From assembly GCA_964036045.1 (NCBI GenBank), contig OZ038378.1:172422001-172486000 (forward strand): a DNA stretch of 64,000 nt, read 5' to 3'. The notes beneath the pieces are model-generated. The model did no database searches and had not been told where the DNA came from. It saw nothing but the letters and a program-made list of their open reading frames with translations. This DNA comes from Eutreptiella sp. 'Long Island Sound 2002' (taxonomy: Eukaryota > Protista > Euglenida). A program made the translations under genes and the position numbers. This document shows, one piece after another, positions 12,770 through 24,450 of this stretch (positions are counted from its first letter, which is position 1; each line of letters starts with the position of its first letter).

Positions 12770-13066
12770 GACGGTTCGTTCGTGGGGCTCGTGCACGCCA
12801 ACACCAAACTGCCCCACGGCTACGGCATCTTCAAGTACCACAACCTCTGCACGCTGGAGTGCGGGCGCTGGGTCAGCGGGCAGGCGTACGGGCGCTGCCG
12901 CTACGCCTACCCGAACGGGGACGTGTACGAGGGGGACTTCAGCGAGAACAAGCGGCACGGCAAAGGGACGCTGTACCGGCACACGGGGGCGGTCAGTAGC
13001 GAGGAGTACAAGCACGGGAAGAGGGTCTCCCACGTGCAGCTGGTGGCCGACCGGCCAAGTCCTAAG
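12770..13066 (+). CDS. MORN/CAP-Gly protein, exon C (MORN repeats)
   Basis: DGSFVGLVHANTKLPHGYGIFKY...GRWVSGQAYGRCRYAYPNGDVYEGDFSENKRHGKGTLY matches the MORN consensus YxGxWxxGxxHGxG. Acceptor TGTAG|G, donor AAG|GTACCC, 99 codons, phase 0/0. Confidence 0.9.
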
Positions 13067-13113
13067 GTACCCCTTCCCACCTGCCCAGAGGCCGAGCCCC
13101 CCCCCCCCCCCCG

Positions 13114-13306
13114 AGGGAAGTATTAGAATGGCCGTACACCGTAGGAGGAGGCCCCCCCCCCCCCTGGACCTCCCCCCCTCCAGACCAAAGGGACCATCGT
13201 GGGACAAAACGAAATTTACCATCGGGAAAAATCTGGTCGGGCCATTTTTGGTACACAAACTTCTGGGTCCCAGACCCCCTGCCCCCCCCCCTTCTAATAC
13301 TTCCCT
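13114..13306. mobile_element. MITE with perfect 15-bp TIRs AGGGAAGTATTAGAA/TTCTAATACTTCCCT
   Basis: TIRs at 13114-13128 and 13292-13306. It sits just after a poly-C run, 47 nt into intron 3. Confidence 0.85.
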
Positions 13307-14579
13307 GCCCCTGTCCCCCACCCCCCCCACCTGTGCTGGCGGGACGCCAAGGGGCACAAGTAGCACTGGGGAGCAAAGGGACAACTGTCCCGTTGGGGGG
13401 TAGCCATAAAGGCTGAGTAGGTGTGCTGGTTGGTACCTCCGGGTATACGCGCTGGTTTGGGTTTTTGTCATGAATTTGAATGAATTGTCCCCGTTGCTTG
13501 TCCCACGAATTTCATTCGGTGAGGGTCACCTTCTACGCCTCATCCAAGTGGAGTCGGAAATGAACACAACCCGGCAAAGGACAGGGAGGGCAGAGGCGCA
13601 CTGGTGGTCTCGACGAAAAATGGCATGTCCTGGTGTGACAGGTGCGGCGGGAGTGTAATGCAGGCGTTGCTGCCTGGCCAGACCCCCCCCCCCCCCCGCG
13701 CCTCCGGAGGCCAGTGGGCACCGCCGCCCGACCAAGGGAAACGGTAAAGGGTTCATAGGAAGGACAATGTTAAGTGGTGAGAGGTCAATAGGCGCCGCTA
13801 GATTCAGACAGCAATCCACTCAGGCGTCATGCCATTAGCCCCCCGGCCCCCCGCCCCCGCCCCCTCGTGCGCTAGCTCGGGTTGTCTGAGCACGGCGACC
13901 TCTTGCCATCCTTTGTGACCAGGCCTGTATGGTGACCTGGTTGTGGGCCCGTCATAGAGGGAAAGAGGGGATGGGTCATGCCTGTGACGGTTCCTTCTGC
14001 TCGCAACAACAATCTGCTTGACAGCCCACGGCTGTTTGGTTTGATGTGATGTTCTGCCACATCTGATGTTGCCATTTCTGGCAACCAACCGAACAGGGAT
14101 GCCACGAATCGGGTATCGTGATGTCCTTCATCCATGCCACCGTTTTATCACCTGGATTTGGCTGTGCTTCCGCTATTGCGCGACGGGATGGGGGGGGGTA
14201 TACCGCATGCACTCCTGCTGCCTTAGCCCGCCCCCCCCCTCCCCCTCCCCTCGCCGCCCTCCTCTCTCTGCACATGCATACGCAAGCCGCTTGGGCATTC
14301 AGGGCACCACTGATCTGCAACACTTGGTATTCTGGAACGCCATGGCCCTATGTTACAACTTCCCACATCGTTTGTCATGGCGCTGGCCAGAGAAGGAAGG
14401 GTTCAGTGTACTCGGGTGCGCACAGCTGTGGGAAAATGAACCTGGGGGCAAACACAGAGAGCTTGGCAAGTGGCTCTGAGGGACAGAATGGCTAACTTCA
14501 AGTACCGAGCACCATACAAGTGCTATCTGCCCCATACCCGCCGTGAAGTTCCATGGCAAGTGGCACCAAATCCGAATGA

Positions 14580-14744
14580 CCCCCCCCCCCCCCGGTACAC
14601 CCCCACGCGCATGTGCACACTGTCGACCCCCAATCCCCCGTACGCGCCGGCCCACACACACACACCGGCCCCGTGATGGCTTCTCCCGCTCACCCGCGCT
14701 ACGGTGGGGTCCATGGGGGCTGCCCTGGTCCGCTCGGCCTGAGA
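14580..14744 (+). repeat. ~165-bp dispersed repeat (copy 1)
   Basis: Near-identical reverse-complement copy at ~32931-33101. Confidence 0.9.
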
Positions 14745-15344
14745 GTGATGCTTTCCGTGCATGCTCCACCTCTTGTGCTGGATACGCCGTGCCCGAGCGA
14801 TACCACTGATCCTCCGGATCGCTTCGGCAAAAATCACGGGAGGAATTCGGCGAAGCCTCCACATGCAACCCAGCACCACGCCGGTGCGGACCTACTGTAC
14901 CTTTCGACGGGACACGCCTTAGAGGGGAAGGGGGGGGTGAACCACAAAAGTGGAGTAGGTTTGCTGGGTAGTGTTTGTAGCTTTGAGCACCTGGTTGTGT
15001 TTTGTGGAGGCATGACGCCAGGAGTATGTGTTCCGCTTGTTGTGGTGGGGGGGGTGCGGTATTGTGGGTGAGATTGCTGGTGGTGATGGGGGTTAGAGCC
15101 GTTGGAGGATTGCGCAGAACGACTGGGGGTAGGGGCTGTCTGTTGTGGCCAAGAAATGGCTCCGGGATCGAGGTACGGAACGGCAAACCAACAGTTTTGG
15201 ACTGGAAGACCTGGGGGGGGTGTTCTGCACCCGGCATTCATCACCGGGCACCCGCATTCGGGGGGGGAGGTCGGGCAGAGTAGCTTTGCTGGTTGTTAAT
15301 GCCACTGTTGCGCACTTGTGCTTTGTGGGGGCATGCCTCTGCAG

Positions 15345-16250
15345 GCCAAAGCCAAGGTCGTGGACTCAGACAGCGATGATGACGACCAGTCCGTTCCCGG
15401 TAGTACCTCCGCAAGAGCCGGCAATGCGAAGGCGCTCCCGCGGCAGACCTCGGCGCCCACCGCCTCCCCCCACGCCCAGCCCAAGGGGCTGGCCCCGCAA
15501 TCCGCCCCGACGCCGGCGCCCAAGACCGCGCGCGGCCTCTTCGACCCTCCGGCGCCCCTCGCGCCGCGGGATCTGGCGCCGCGCCAGGCCGCGTCCTCCG
15601 CCCCGCCCTCGAAGGCGGAGCGGGCGCTGTCCGAGCGGCAGCAGTCGCGGCGGCTGCTGGCGGGTCGGAAGCCCAAGGTCGGCCCCCCGCTCACCAAGCA
15701 CCCGGTGTTGGGGGGTGCCGAGGCCCGAACCTCCCCCCTCTCCCCATCCACCCCCCTCCAATTCCTCCCCCCGGCCAGTCATGCCGTGCCCCTGCCGCCG
15801 CACTTCGACGCCGGCCGCGACTCCGCCCCGCCCGACCCCGACCGGGCCCCCCGCGCCCCCGCACCGGAGGGCCCGCCCGGCCCGGCCAACGGCGTGCCGG
15901 GCCCGCTCCTGGGCCCCGCCCCCGTCCCGTCCCCGCGGCTGGACCCGATGCCGGGCATGCCCAACCCCATGGCCCTGCGGGACCACTGCAGCAGCCCCAT
16001 CAGCGTCGTCAGCGTGCGCTCCTCTACGGGCTCCACCGCGTCGCTGATCGGCCCGTCCCCGTTTCCGCCCTCCGTCAGTGCGTCGCGCGCCGTGGGCACC
16101 AGCGCCTCCACCGCCAGGCCCCCCGCCGGTACCCTCCCCTCCCCCGATGGGGCAGACCCCGCCCCCCTGCCCCCGGGCTCCGCCGGCAGCCTGCGGTCGG
16201 TGGAGTCTGCGAGCTCCTCCGCGTCCAAGCGAGTGACGTTTGCCGAAGAG
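15345..16250 (+). CDS. MORN/CAP-Gly protein, exon D (Pro/Ser-rich, ends in KRVTFAEE)
   Basis: Acceptor CTCTGCAG|G, donor GAG|GTCCCT, 302 codons, phase 0/0, strong GC3 bias. Confidence 0.8.
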
Positions 16251-16682
16251 GTCCCTTCCCCGTCCCCCTTCGGCTACCGCCGCGCTGCTGCTGTTGTTTG
16301 TCATCACTCGCGATCGCTTTCCCTCCACCGGACAAATATTGATTATCTCTGAAAACTGTATTTACTTTTGTATGCCGGTGTAGAGGAATGGACCCCAGAG
16401 CCCAAGGTACCCCAGATCTTTTTCAGTGGCACCAAAATGAATGAAACATCCCCCCCCCCCCCCCAAAAGGAGGCCAAAATCCAACAAAAACACGCAAAAA
16501 TGAAACAACTTTTGACTCAGTCAACCAAAAATAGCTGCGCAAAACTGAATTCCGCAGAAAAATTCGCAAAAGTATGATATTTTTCCCCTATTTTTTGTGC
16601 TGTTGCAACAATTTTGCATAAAACAAAATTCAAAACACCCAAATAGGGATGCAGATGCGGCCCGCGTCCAATTTGAAATCAT

Positions 16683-16822
16683 GCGAATTCGTACCGAATT
16701 CGAATTTGAGCGAATTTGAGCGAATTCGCTTTCAATGGAGTCAAAGTGGGATCATGCGGAATGTTTGGCCGAATGCGTGCGGATTCGTACCGAATTTGAA
16801 TTCGAGCGAATTCGTGCGAATG
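16683..16822. repeat. Array of (G)CGAATT(C/T)G motifs
   Basis: About ten CGAATT/GAATTCG words within 140 bp of intron 4. Confidence 0.75.
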
Positions 16823-17249
16823 TGAACCTGCAGCCCCACACCCAACGCAACAATTAGTATTCCGCAAACTGTGAATATTGGCGCGATGCCCGCAGTCCCG
16901 TGGCCTCTGACCTTCTTCCTCCAATGGACCTGCAGCTCCTGACCACCCCCAATCACCTGCCGGTACTTCGAGTACTTCGAGTCATCATCCCTTGACCGCG
17001 CCCCTCCGGCTGGTGGAGTGGGTCTAGCACCCGTCGTCATGCAGTCAAGACCGCTGGATCAAGGCCTAGGCCAGGGCACCACTACCCGGGGGGGGGGAGG
17101 GGGATAATTTCATGGGAAAATTTTGTCTTTACGGAAGGTGGCGAAAATTTCCCCTGTCCTCCGTGGGGCCCCTGGTCTGTGCAGAGGGGGAGTGCTCGGC
17201 AAATGATGTCGCGTCACGCGGCCCCTCCCCCCCAGAGAGAGGGGGGGGG

Positions 17250-17649
17250 GGGGCTGAGTTGCACGGTAGACCGCATCCCACACCACAACCATCCCACAGA
17301 GGGGGACTTGCACCCGAAGGAAAAGGGGTGTTCGCCACAGAGGCTCCGCAGGTGTGCGGGTTGGGGGGGTACGCGCTGTGCCACTGGGAAAGGCATTTGT
17401 GCTGTGCGAGAGTGGGACTGCGGTCCTCCGCTGACGGCTGCTGCCCCTGCCCCTCGGCGTCCCTCCCACGCCGGCGCCGGCGATGCTCCACACAAAGTCA
17501 GTCTGGAGGGTGCCCACCGCCCCCGGCGCAGGAAATGCAACGGACGGGCGTGGGGAGGGGCCGGGGGGGGGGGGTGCTCTCCACAAGTTTTGCATCCTCA
17601 ACACCTGCGAACAATTCACATGCCCTTTGCTTCTCGACAAGGCCGGCCT
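17250..17649 (+). repeat. ~400-bp repeat, copy A (intron 4)
   Basis: Reverse complement of 19306-19705. About 8 substitutions by eye over the ~375-bp core, plus G-run differences. Confidence 0.95.
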
Positions 17650-18258
17650 TCAGGCACCGGGTCAAATTTGTGTCGAGATCGACCGCCTCGAGGGCGTTGA
17701 AGTCACCGACGGCGGTGGGGCGGTGCCTTTGGGGCGGAGCCGTGGAATCCGATGCTGACCAAAGGGGGTCTCTGTCGGCGGTGGCGGAGTGCACGCCGGA
17801 AGGTGGCACCTCCGCGTTGGGCACGGCCCCTTTCAAACATCGCCCCAGGGGAGGGGGGGGGGAGGGGGGGTCACTAGAGCCCCCGAAAAACTGGGGGGGT
17901 CTGGGAAAGGGGATCAATGGACAGGGCCGTTGATCAGTCACCCGCTGAAGGCCCCAAAGTTTCTTTGGGGGATTTTGATGGTCTTTTTTTTTTCTTTGTA
18001 ATGAATACAACGCAAAGAATGACTTGTCTCAGCCCCTGCGACGCGCTTTTTTTTTGATTCCAAAAATGCCATTTGGAATTTTTGGAATTTGGGGTCCGGA
18101 ATACCTCCGGAGACCGGGGGGGGGGGTTGGCCCCGATTGAGTTGTTGGGGCGCATCAATTAATCCCTTTTTTTGGGGGAGAGTCGGGGGGGGCGCTGCAA
18201 CTCCCCATTCCCCCCCCCCCCAAAAGCCCTGTTCCATCTTCGCCACCCGCTTTGGCAG

Positions 18259-19011
18259 GTGCAGGTCAAACATGCATTCGACTACAATCCCCCGGTGCCG
18301 CCGGTGCCCCCGGCCTTCCACATGAACGCGCTCCTGTTCAACGGCGTCCCCGTCTCCGCCTTCCCCGGCAACCCCTTCGGGCCCGTCCTCGGGAACTGGT
18401 CCACAGACCCCAACCTCCCGATGCCGCTGGGCATGCCCCCGCGCGACTGGATGTTCGGCGCGCCGACCGCGGCGGTGCCCCCGCCGCCGCCGGGGGCGCC
18501 GCTTGGGATTGCCGGGCCCGGCGTGCCGCTGCCGGGGCCGTCCTGGACCGCCGCTGTGCCCGGCGCGCCGCCCCCGGCGGGCCCGTCCGCCTCCCCAGCC
18601 CCGGCCGGACCGCCGCCCCCTCCGGCCCGCAGCCCCAAGCGGCGGTCCAAGCGGATGGAGCAGCGGGAGCGGATGATGGCGACCGCCTACGCCCCGAAGA
18701 CGTCCCCGAGCTCCAAGACCCCGGAGCCGCGGAGCCGCCCCTCGGCGCGGCCCGGGCCCTCTGGGGACCCGGCGCACGGGGGCAGCGGGGTCTACGTGGG
18801 GCAGTATGTGGCGGTGGCGAACAAGGGGTCGGGGGTGGTGGCGTACGTGGGCCCCACGTGCATGGGCGAGGGCGAGTGGGTCGGGGTGCTGCTGGAGGAC
18901 CGGGTTGGCAAGAACGACGGCTCCATCAACGGCACCCGCTACTTCCAGTGCCCTCCGGAGTACGGGCTGTTCGTGCGGCCGGGCAAAGTGATCCTTCTGA
19001 ATGGGCCGTGA
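18259..19011 (+). CDS. MORN/CAP-Gly protein, terminal exon E (CAP-Gly domain)
   Basis: GVVAYVGPTCMGEGEWVGVLLEDRVGKNDGSINGTRYFQCPPEYGLFVRP is a canonical CAP-Gly domain with an intact GKNDG. Acceptor TTTGGCAG|G, stop TGA at 19009-19011. Confidence 0.92.
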   Translation: MQVKHAFDYNPPVPPVPPAFHMNALLFNGVPVSAFPGNPFGPVLGNWSTDPNLPMPLGMPPRDWMFGAPTAAVPPPPPGAPLGIAGPGVPLPGPSWTAAVPGAPPPAGPSASPAPAGPPPPPARSPKRRSKRMEQRERMMATAYAPKTSPSSKTPEPRSRPSARPGPSGDPAHGGSGVYVGQYVAVANKGSGVVAYVGPTCMGEGEWVGVLLEDRVGKNDGSINGTRYFQCPPEYGLFVRPGKVILLNGP

Positions 19012-19305
19012 GGCACGGGGACTGCCTGGCGCTTGACCGCCGCATCGTTTTGAGGCCCCCGTCCAGTGATGCTGCAGGGAAGGCGTCGAAGTGGGAGTCT
19101 GGGAGGAGAACGAAAGAGGACCAGCCAAGAGCCAAGAGAAGGTTGGACGGGGCTTGAGACTGTTGTTGTTCTTACCGCTATGAGCACTGCCCTTCGTTGG
19201 TGTTCTTGTTTATGTTGCCAAGATGTAGTGCACTACATTACCTCACCGATTCATGTTGCAAACCGTTGTTGGTGGATTGTTGCTGCGTGTGTTGTCAACA
19301 GGGGC

Positions 19306-19705
19306 AGGCCCTACTTTGCCAAGAAACAAGGGCATGTGAATTGTTCGCAGGTGTTGAGGATGCAAAACTTGTGGAGAGCCACCCCCCCCCCGGGCCCCTC
19401 CCCACGCCCATCCGTTGCATTTCCCGCGCCGGGGGCGGTGGGCACCCTCCAGACTGACTTTGTGCGGAGCATCGCCGGCGCCGGCGTGGGAGGAACGCCG
19501 AGGGGCAGGGGCAGCACCCGTCAGCGGAGGACCGCAGTCCCACTCTCGCGCAGCACAAATGCCTTTCCCAGTGGCGCAGCGCGTACCCCCCCAACCCGCA
19601 CACGTGCGGAGCCTCTGTGGCGAACACCCCTTTTCCTTCGGGTGCAAGTCCCCCTCTGTGGGATGGTTGTGGTGTGGGATGCGGTCTACCGTGCAACTCA
19701 GCCCC
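19306..19705 (-). repeat. ~400-bp repeat, copy B (downstream of the CAP-Gly stop codon)
   Basis: Inverted partner of 17250-17649. Confidence 0.95.
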
Positions 19706-22700
19706 ACCAGCGTGCCGCAGACCCCCCCTCCCCCGCGGATGGATCATCACCATCCATGCAAAACAGGCATCCCAGACACAGTTCTTAGCGATAGGAAGCC
19801 TGGCACGTGATCTGAGGAGGGACTCTTATTCTGTGCACCCCAGTCATGATCCAGTCAAGGTCTACCATGCGTCTTTTTGGACCATCTCACACAAACCCAC
19901 GTCGATCCCCACTCCCGATGGACATAAACGACGAGCAGCTCACACTATAGACATGGCACTGGACACCAGACGTCCCCAGTCAGCCTTCATGGACCCCCCC
20001 GCCCCCCCCGCCCCCCCGCCCCCCCCCCCCCGCTCTTCAGCCTGTATGGCGCACCCCCCCCCGCTCTTGACACACTGACCCCTGTCCGCGATGCAGTGAT
20101 TGAGCAAATCGTTCTCGGGCATCTGACGCCAAAACATTCCCCGGCGTCTTCTGCGCCCGGGGGTCTTGGGATTGGGAGCCCACGGGCCGTGTGTCGGTAC
20201 CGCAGCCGGGGGGCCCTGCATGTCTGGTCGCCATCGGACAGCGGGAAGCTTCAGGTATGGCCTGTGAATACCGCGTGGTAGAGCTGCGGTCATGAGATGG
20301 CCCGGGAATGGGGGTTGGAGCTGTAAATACCAAAAGAGCGGGCACCGCCCGCCTCATGAGCAGAGCAAGCAGGACAGAGAAGTGACGACCAGTTGGAGCG
20401 GAGCTTCGGACAGTAGCAGGCGTGTGGCAGGCGGGCGCAGCAGCTGCACAGCAGGCGCCTATGCCAATGCCGAATGCGCTGGCCCAGACCACTCGGGTGG
20501 TGCAGCAGGTGCCTTGTTTTTGGTTTGCTGTTGGGGGCGGGGGTTCGGCTTTCCAGTCACACGGGTGGGGGTGGGGTGGGGGGTGGGGGCTCCCGCACGT
20601 GGAACACTGTGCGTCGTGGTCGGGCCGTGTGTGTGTGGGTGTGTGTGTGCCGGCCCTCTCCCAAACGCAATGTGCCGCCAACACCCGTGGGGCCGTGCAT
20701 TGGTCCCGGGGTCTGCGGCGGCACAGACCATCATCACTGCCCGTCCTTTTGTCCGCCTCCGGCGTCCAGCCTCCCCCGTCGGGCTGCGCATTCCATTGAC
20801 CCCATTGCACTGTCTTACTTGTCTGTCTGGACCCTTTAGACTACGCTTTCGCTTTCGCTGTGTGCGTAAGTGTTGCGTCGCCTGCGGCGTGCGGTGCGTT
20901 GACGATGTGGCTGCAAAACAGCCTCAGCCAGTCGGCTCCAGCGGCGCTGCATTCCTGGCCCCATCTGCCGAGCAGGGCGTGCCACCCGGACTGCGTTGCT
21001 CTGGGAGGATAGTGACGATGTCCGCTGCGTCCCCTCCTCTGGATCCCTTCTTCTGGTCCACTGACGGCGGCCAGGAGCGATGGAAGCGGAATTGACAATC
21101 GCTCCCGGAGGGCGAGAGGGGGGAAGGCGGCGCTGCCAAACTTTTACGCACTCATTGTCTCATTGGCTGAAAGTTTGTTGTGGAGAATTGTAAAATGGTC
21201 CTGCGACTGTTATGGAGACTTGGTGTTGATAAAACGGGCCAATCAGGAAGTCGATGGGTTCAGTGATGGTGCGGGAGATCCAGCTTTTGATTGTTCTGCC
21301 GAACGGTGCGGCATACGCCCACCAGGACGTGCATGTCTGGAGCGCTTTATGACCGACCTGTGGCCATCCCTGACCCCGATTCAAGTCAGCACGTGCAGAC
21401 TTAGTCTTCGTTTTACCCGGCAGACGGGGCACGGATCCTCTTGCTCTTACTCTGTGTCACTGATTCCTGATTTCGGGCACGTGGAATCTGTTTGCCTGAT
21501 ATTGTTCTCGGATACCGTTTGGCTTCAGTGTGGCAGTGATGCACTGCAATGCCCGGCAGCAAACATCATGCGTGCCCACATACTTCCCGTGTTGGATTTC
21601 CTTTCGCACCAGACCCACTAGCCAACGGAGATCAATGGCATGCACGACTGTAGAGTGCGGAAACTTTTCTCGAGTGGCTGAATGTAACTGACCGCTGGTG
21701 GTGGTGGCGGGGGGGTTGTACGGCGGACCTGTGTCACACCAAATTTCCGGGGCAAATCCCCGCAGCGCAAACCGATCATACACTCGGAAGGTCTGGGCCT
21801 CATGCGAGTTGGTTGACGCTCCCAGTATTAGTCCAGGGGAATGCCAACCACGACCCCTGGCGGAGCAAAGCCTGATTCAGGGCTGTGAGGCGAAAAGCAA
21901 CTCTGCAATTTTATATCTAAGAAGGCACCCGCGACGCAGTCCCCCCGCTACAGAACGAGCCCCCCACCCCTGTGTCCAAAACAAAGTGTCCAACGAACGT
22001 TTGATGCTCGGACCGCATTTTTTTTGGTTACATCCCGAGTTTTAGGGCACAAGATTTAGGCTCAAGGATTCCAGGAATGAGGGGCTTGTGTTGTGTGTCT
22101 TGTGCCGACGAATGTAAAAATGGTACTCCTCGATGTGACGCGACAACATTCCTCAACCATAGGACCTCTGTTGCACAGCACGACTGAGTCTCTACCAGCG
22201 CCTATCCGACAGGTGCTATACAAGCGGTATCATACAGTTCAAGGAGGTGTTATGGGACTCTTGTACATTGGCCACAGCTTCGCGTGTGCAATGTTCACTG
22301 TGGCCCACGAACACTTGGTGTTTCGATCGTATTTTTTTTGGGGGGGGGGTTTTGGAGTTCACCGGACATGGCGGGGGGGGGGGGTACACTTCGTGCCCCC
22401 ATTGGTATTTGTGATCACATCTGTTCCCCATGTCGGACCCTTGCCCTTGATGCCGCCTCCCCTCCTTCCAGTTAACCGTGATCTAGACCCGCCCATACCA
22501 GTCCTGTGGCCCCTCTGGATTCTCTGCCCAAGGCCATGTTCATTTTGGTTCCCCCGTTGGCCCATGTAGACAAGATGTGGACAAGATGCGCGCAACAAAG
22601 GACCCTGCGTGGGGTCGTTCTATGTCCTGCGCTGTGATCATGCCTGAATTTTGTTGTGCACGGGCGTTGACCCTCCTGCGTGACCATCGGATGTGTCGGT

Positions 22701-22774
22701 GGAACTGAGGACAGTCAGTTTACACTGGAAACAACAATTTGGCCTGTTTTTGTGCACATCAACCCTCGGGTCTG

Positions 22775-22845
22775 TGAGAGAGAGAGAGAGAGAGAGACAG
22801 AGAGAGAGAGAGAGGGAGAGAGAGAGAGGGGGAGAGAGAGAGAGA
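22775..22845. repeat. (GA)n-rich microsatellite
   Basis: Direct reading. Confidence 0.95.
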
Positions 22846-22889
22846 GCAATGGTCAGTGCTGCTTGACCGAATGCCCCCGCCGTAGGCAC

Positions 22890-24450
22890 TTTCAGCCTCT
22901 CATCCAAGAAGATGTGTCCTCCAAATTAAAGATGCAATCCACTATGCACAGTGGGCAGCGCCCTGTAGTGCCCTTGGGTCTTAGACCCCAGCCCCCCTTC
23001 CCCTTTACCCTGCTTTAACCACAGTTTTTGTTTTCTGCGCCAGCGCCGGAAAGTGTTGCTGCCGTAAAACTATTGGGTGATTGTGGTGCTGTCCTGAGGT
23101 ATTTCAAAATCTGTAGGGTCCACTCGTCCAACAGTAAACCATGCAGAATCCCCCAGCTACCATGATGCCTCTGCACCACAGCTTGATGTCTCTGATACGG
23201 TTCACATTTTCCCACTACTGTCAAAACGCAAACTGTTCCAATTCTGGGGACTCAATTTATTAACTGTTCTGTCGGCATTATACATCTTGAATCCATTTTT
23301 TCTCAGGTACATGCAAGCACCGTCAAAAGACGACATTTACTTTTGGGTTTCGAGCCCCACACGTGCACTGTTTCCTTCTACAACAGTCAAAAAAACCAAA
23401 CCCAAAACATCCTTACCATTGTCGTGCTGCATGCCCGACGTTTATGACCCTGACCCTGCACATAGTGCACCCCAGGGTAAAAGTGGACATTTCCCGTGGG
23501 ATCCCCCCTCCAAGGTCGACCCCGAACCCTGTAACGGGGCTCAAACTGGTTTCATTCCAAAGAACCGCTGGCAGCACCACCACGGCGACGTCCGTGCGTC
23601 CCATGTACTCATTGCAGCGTTTTGCTGCCTTGGGACCGAACATTTGGAGGTGTCGGGCTCAGCAGCGCCCGGAATGCGCTTGTGTGTGGGGGGTTTGGCA
23701 CAAGGCCTCGGTATCTGATTGTTTGCCTTTTGCGGCGCCTATTGGCCTCTCGCCACTGCTCATTCTGACCCTCTGTGGGCCCGAACGTGTGTTGGTTGTG
23801 TGGGGGGGGTGTTGTAAATGGGGTTCCGGTTTGAAGAGCTGAAACAGAGGGTGTCGTGGGAGACTAACTTGTGGAGCCGCGTACTCTTCGGGGGTGCAGA
23901 AAAGTGGCCAGAAGCGTCAAACCCTAATTTTACATTCCCCCCTCCTTCCCTTGCCCAAGACCAGCGACAGGGGGGGTGCACTGTGGGCACAGCAAGCGCC
24001 ACAAACCCCCAAACCGGGGGCGCCGCAGAGAAGAACAGATATTGAAGAGTTGTGCACAACGCTGCTTGAGGCAAGGACAGCCAGTTGTAGCATGGAACTG
24101 AGAAATTTGCAGCGCTGGCACCGTAGTCACTTGGAAGTTATGATCAATTTTTGGTATGTTATCCACCGAAGCAAATGGAAAAAACGCGTGTTCGATGGAA
24201 CGAAGTCATGCGTACAGCAAGGAGGTCTCAGGAGGAGTCTCAACACTATGGCATTAAAGGTCATCTGCGAAATTGCCTGATCGCACCAAGGAAACAATTT
24301 CTATCTGTGACACAACTATGTTAAACAGTGAAGTCCAATAGTCACGAAATTGGCATTTTGGCAAATTGGTGGTCTGCTTTCTGGCAGAAGACGTGGATTA
24401 TAGCGTACCAATTCACTTCCCACTTCTATACCACTGATGAGCTGGTAGAG
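22890..24450 (-). mobile_element. Possible decayed non-LTR retrotransposon (LINE) fragment
   Basis: Minus-strand remnants in LINE order: LLPESRPPICQNANFVTIGL (cf. PK..NYRPISL), IEHAFF (cf. EKAFD), TTGCPC...QLFNI (cf. GxxQGCPLSPxLFN) and CPLC...HIFL (C-terminal zinc knuckle, ~22900-22960). Many stops and no clear YADD. Confidence 0.35.

Noticed and set aside
20290-22100. Several 100-260-aa ORFs on both strands between the CAP-Gly and NEK genes
   Set aside because: Protein-like patches switch among frames with no consistent splice chain or domain, so they cannot be called a gene.
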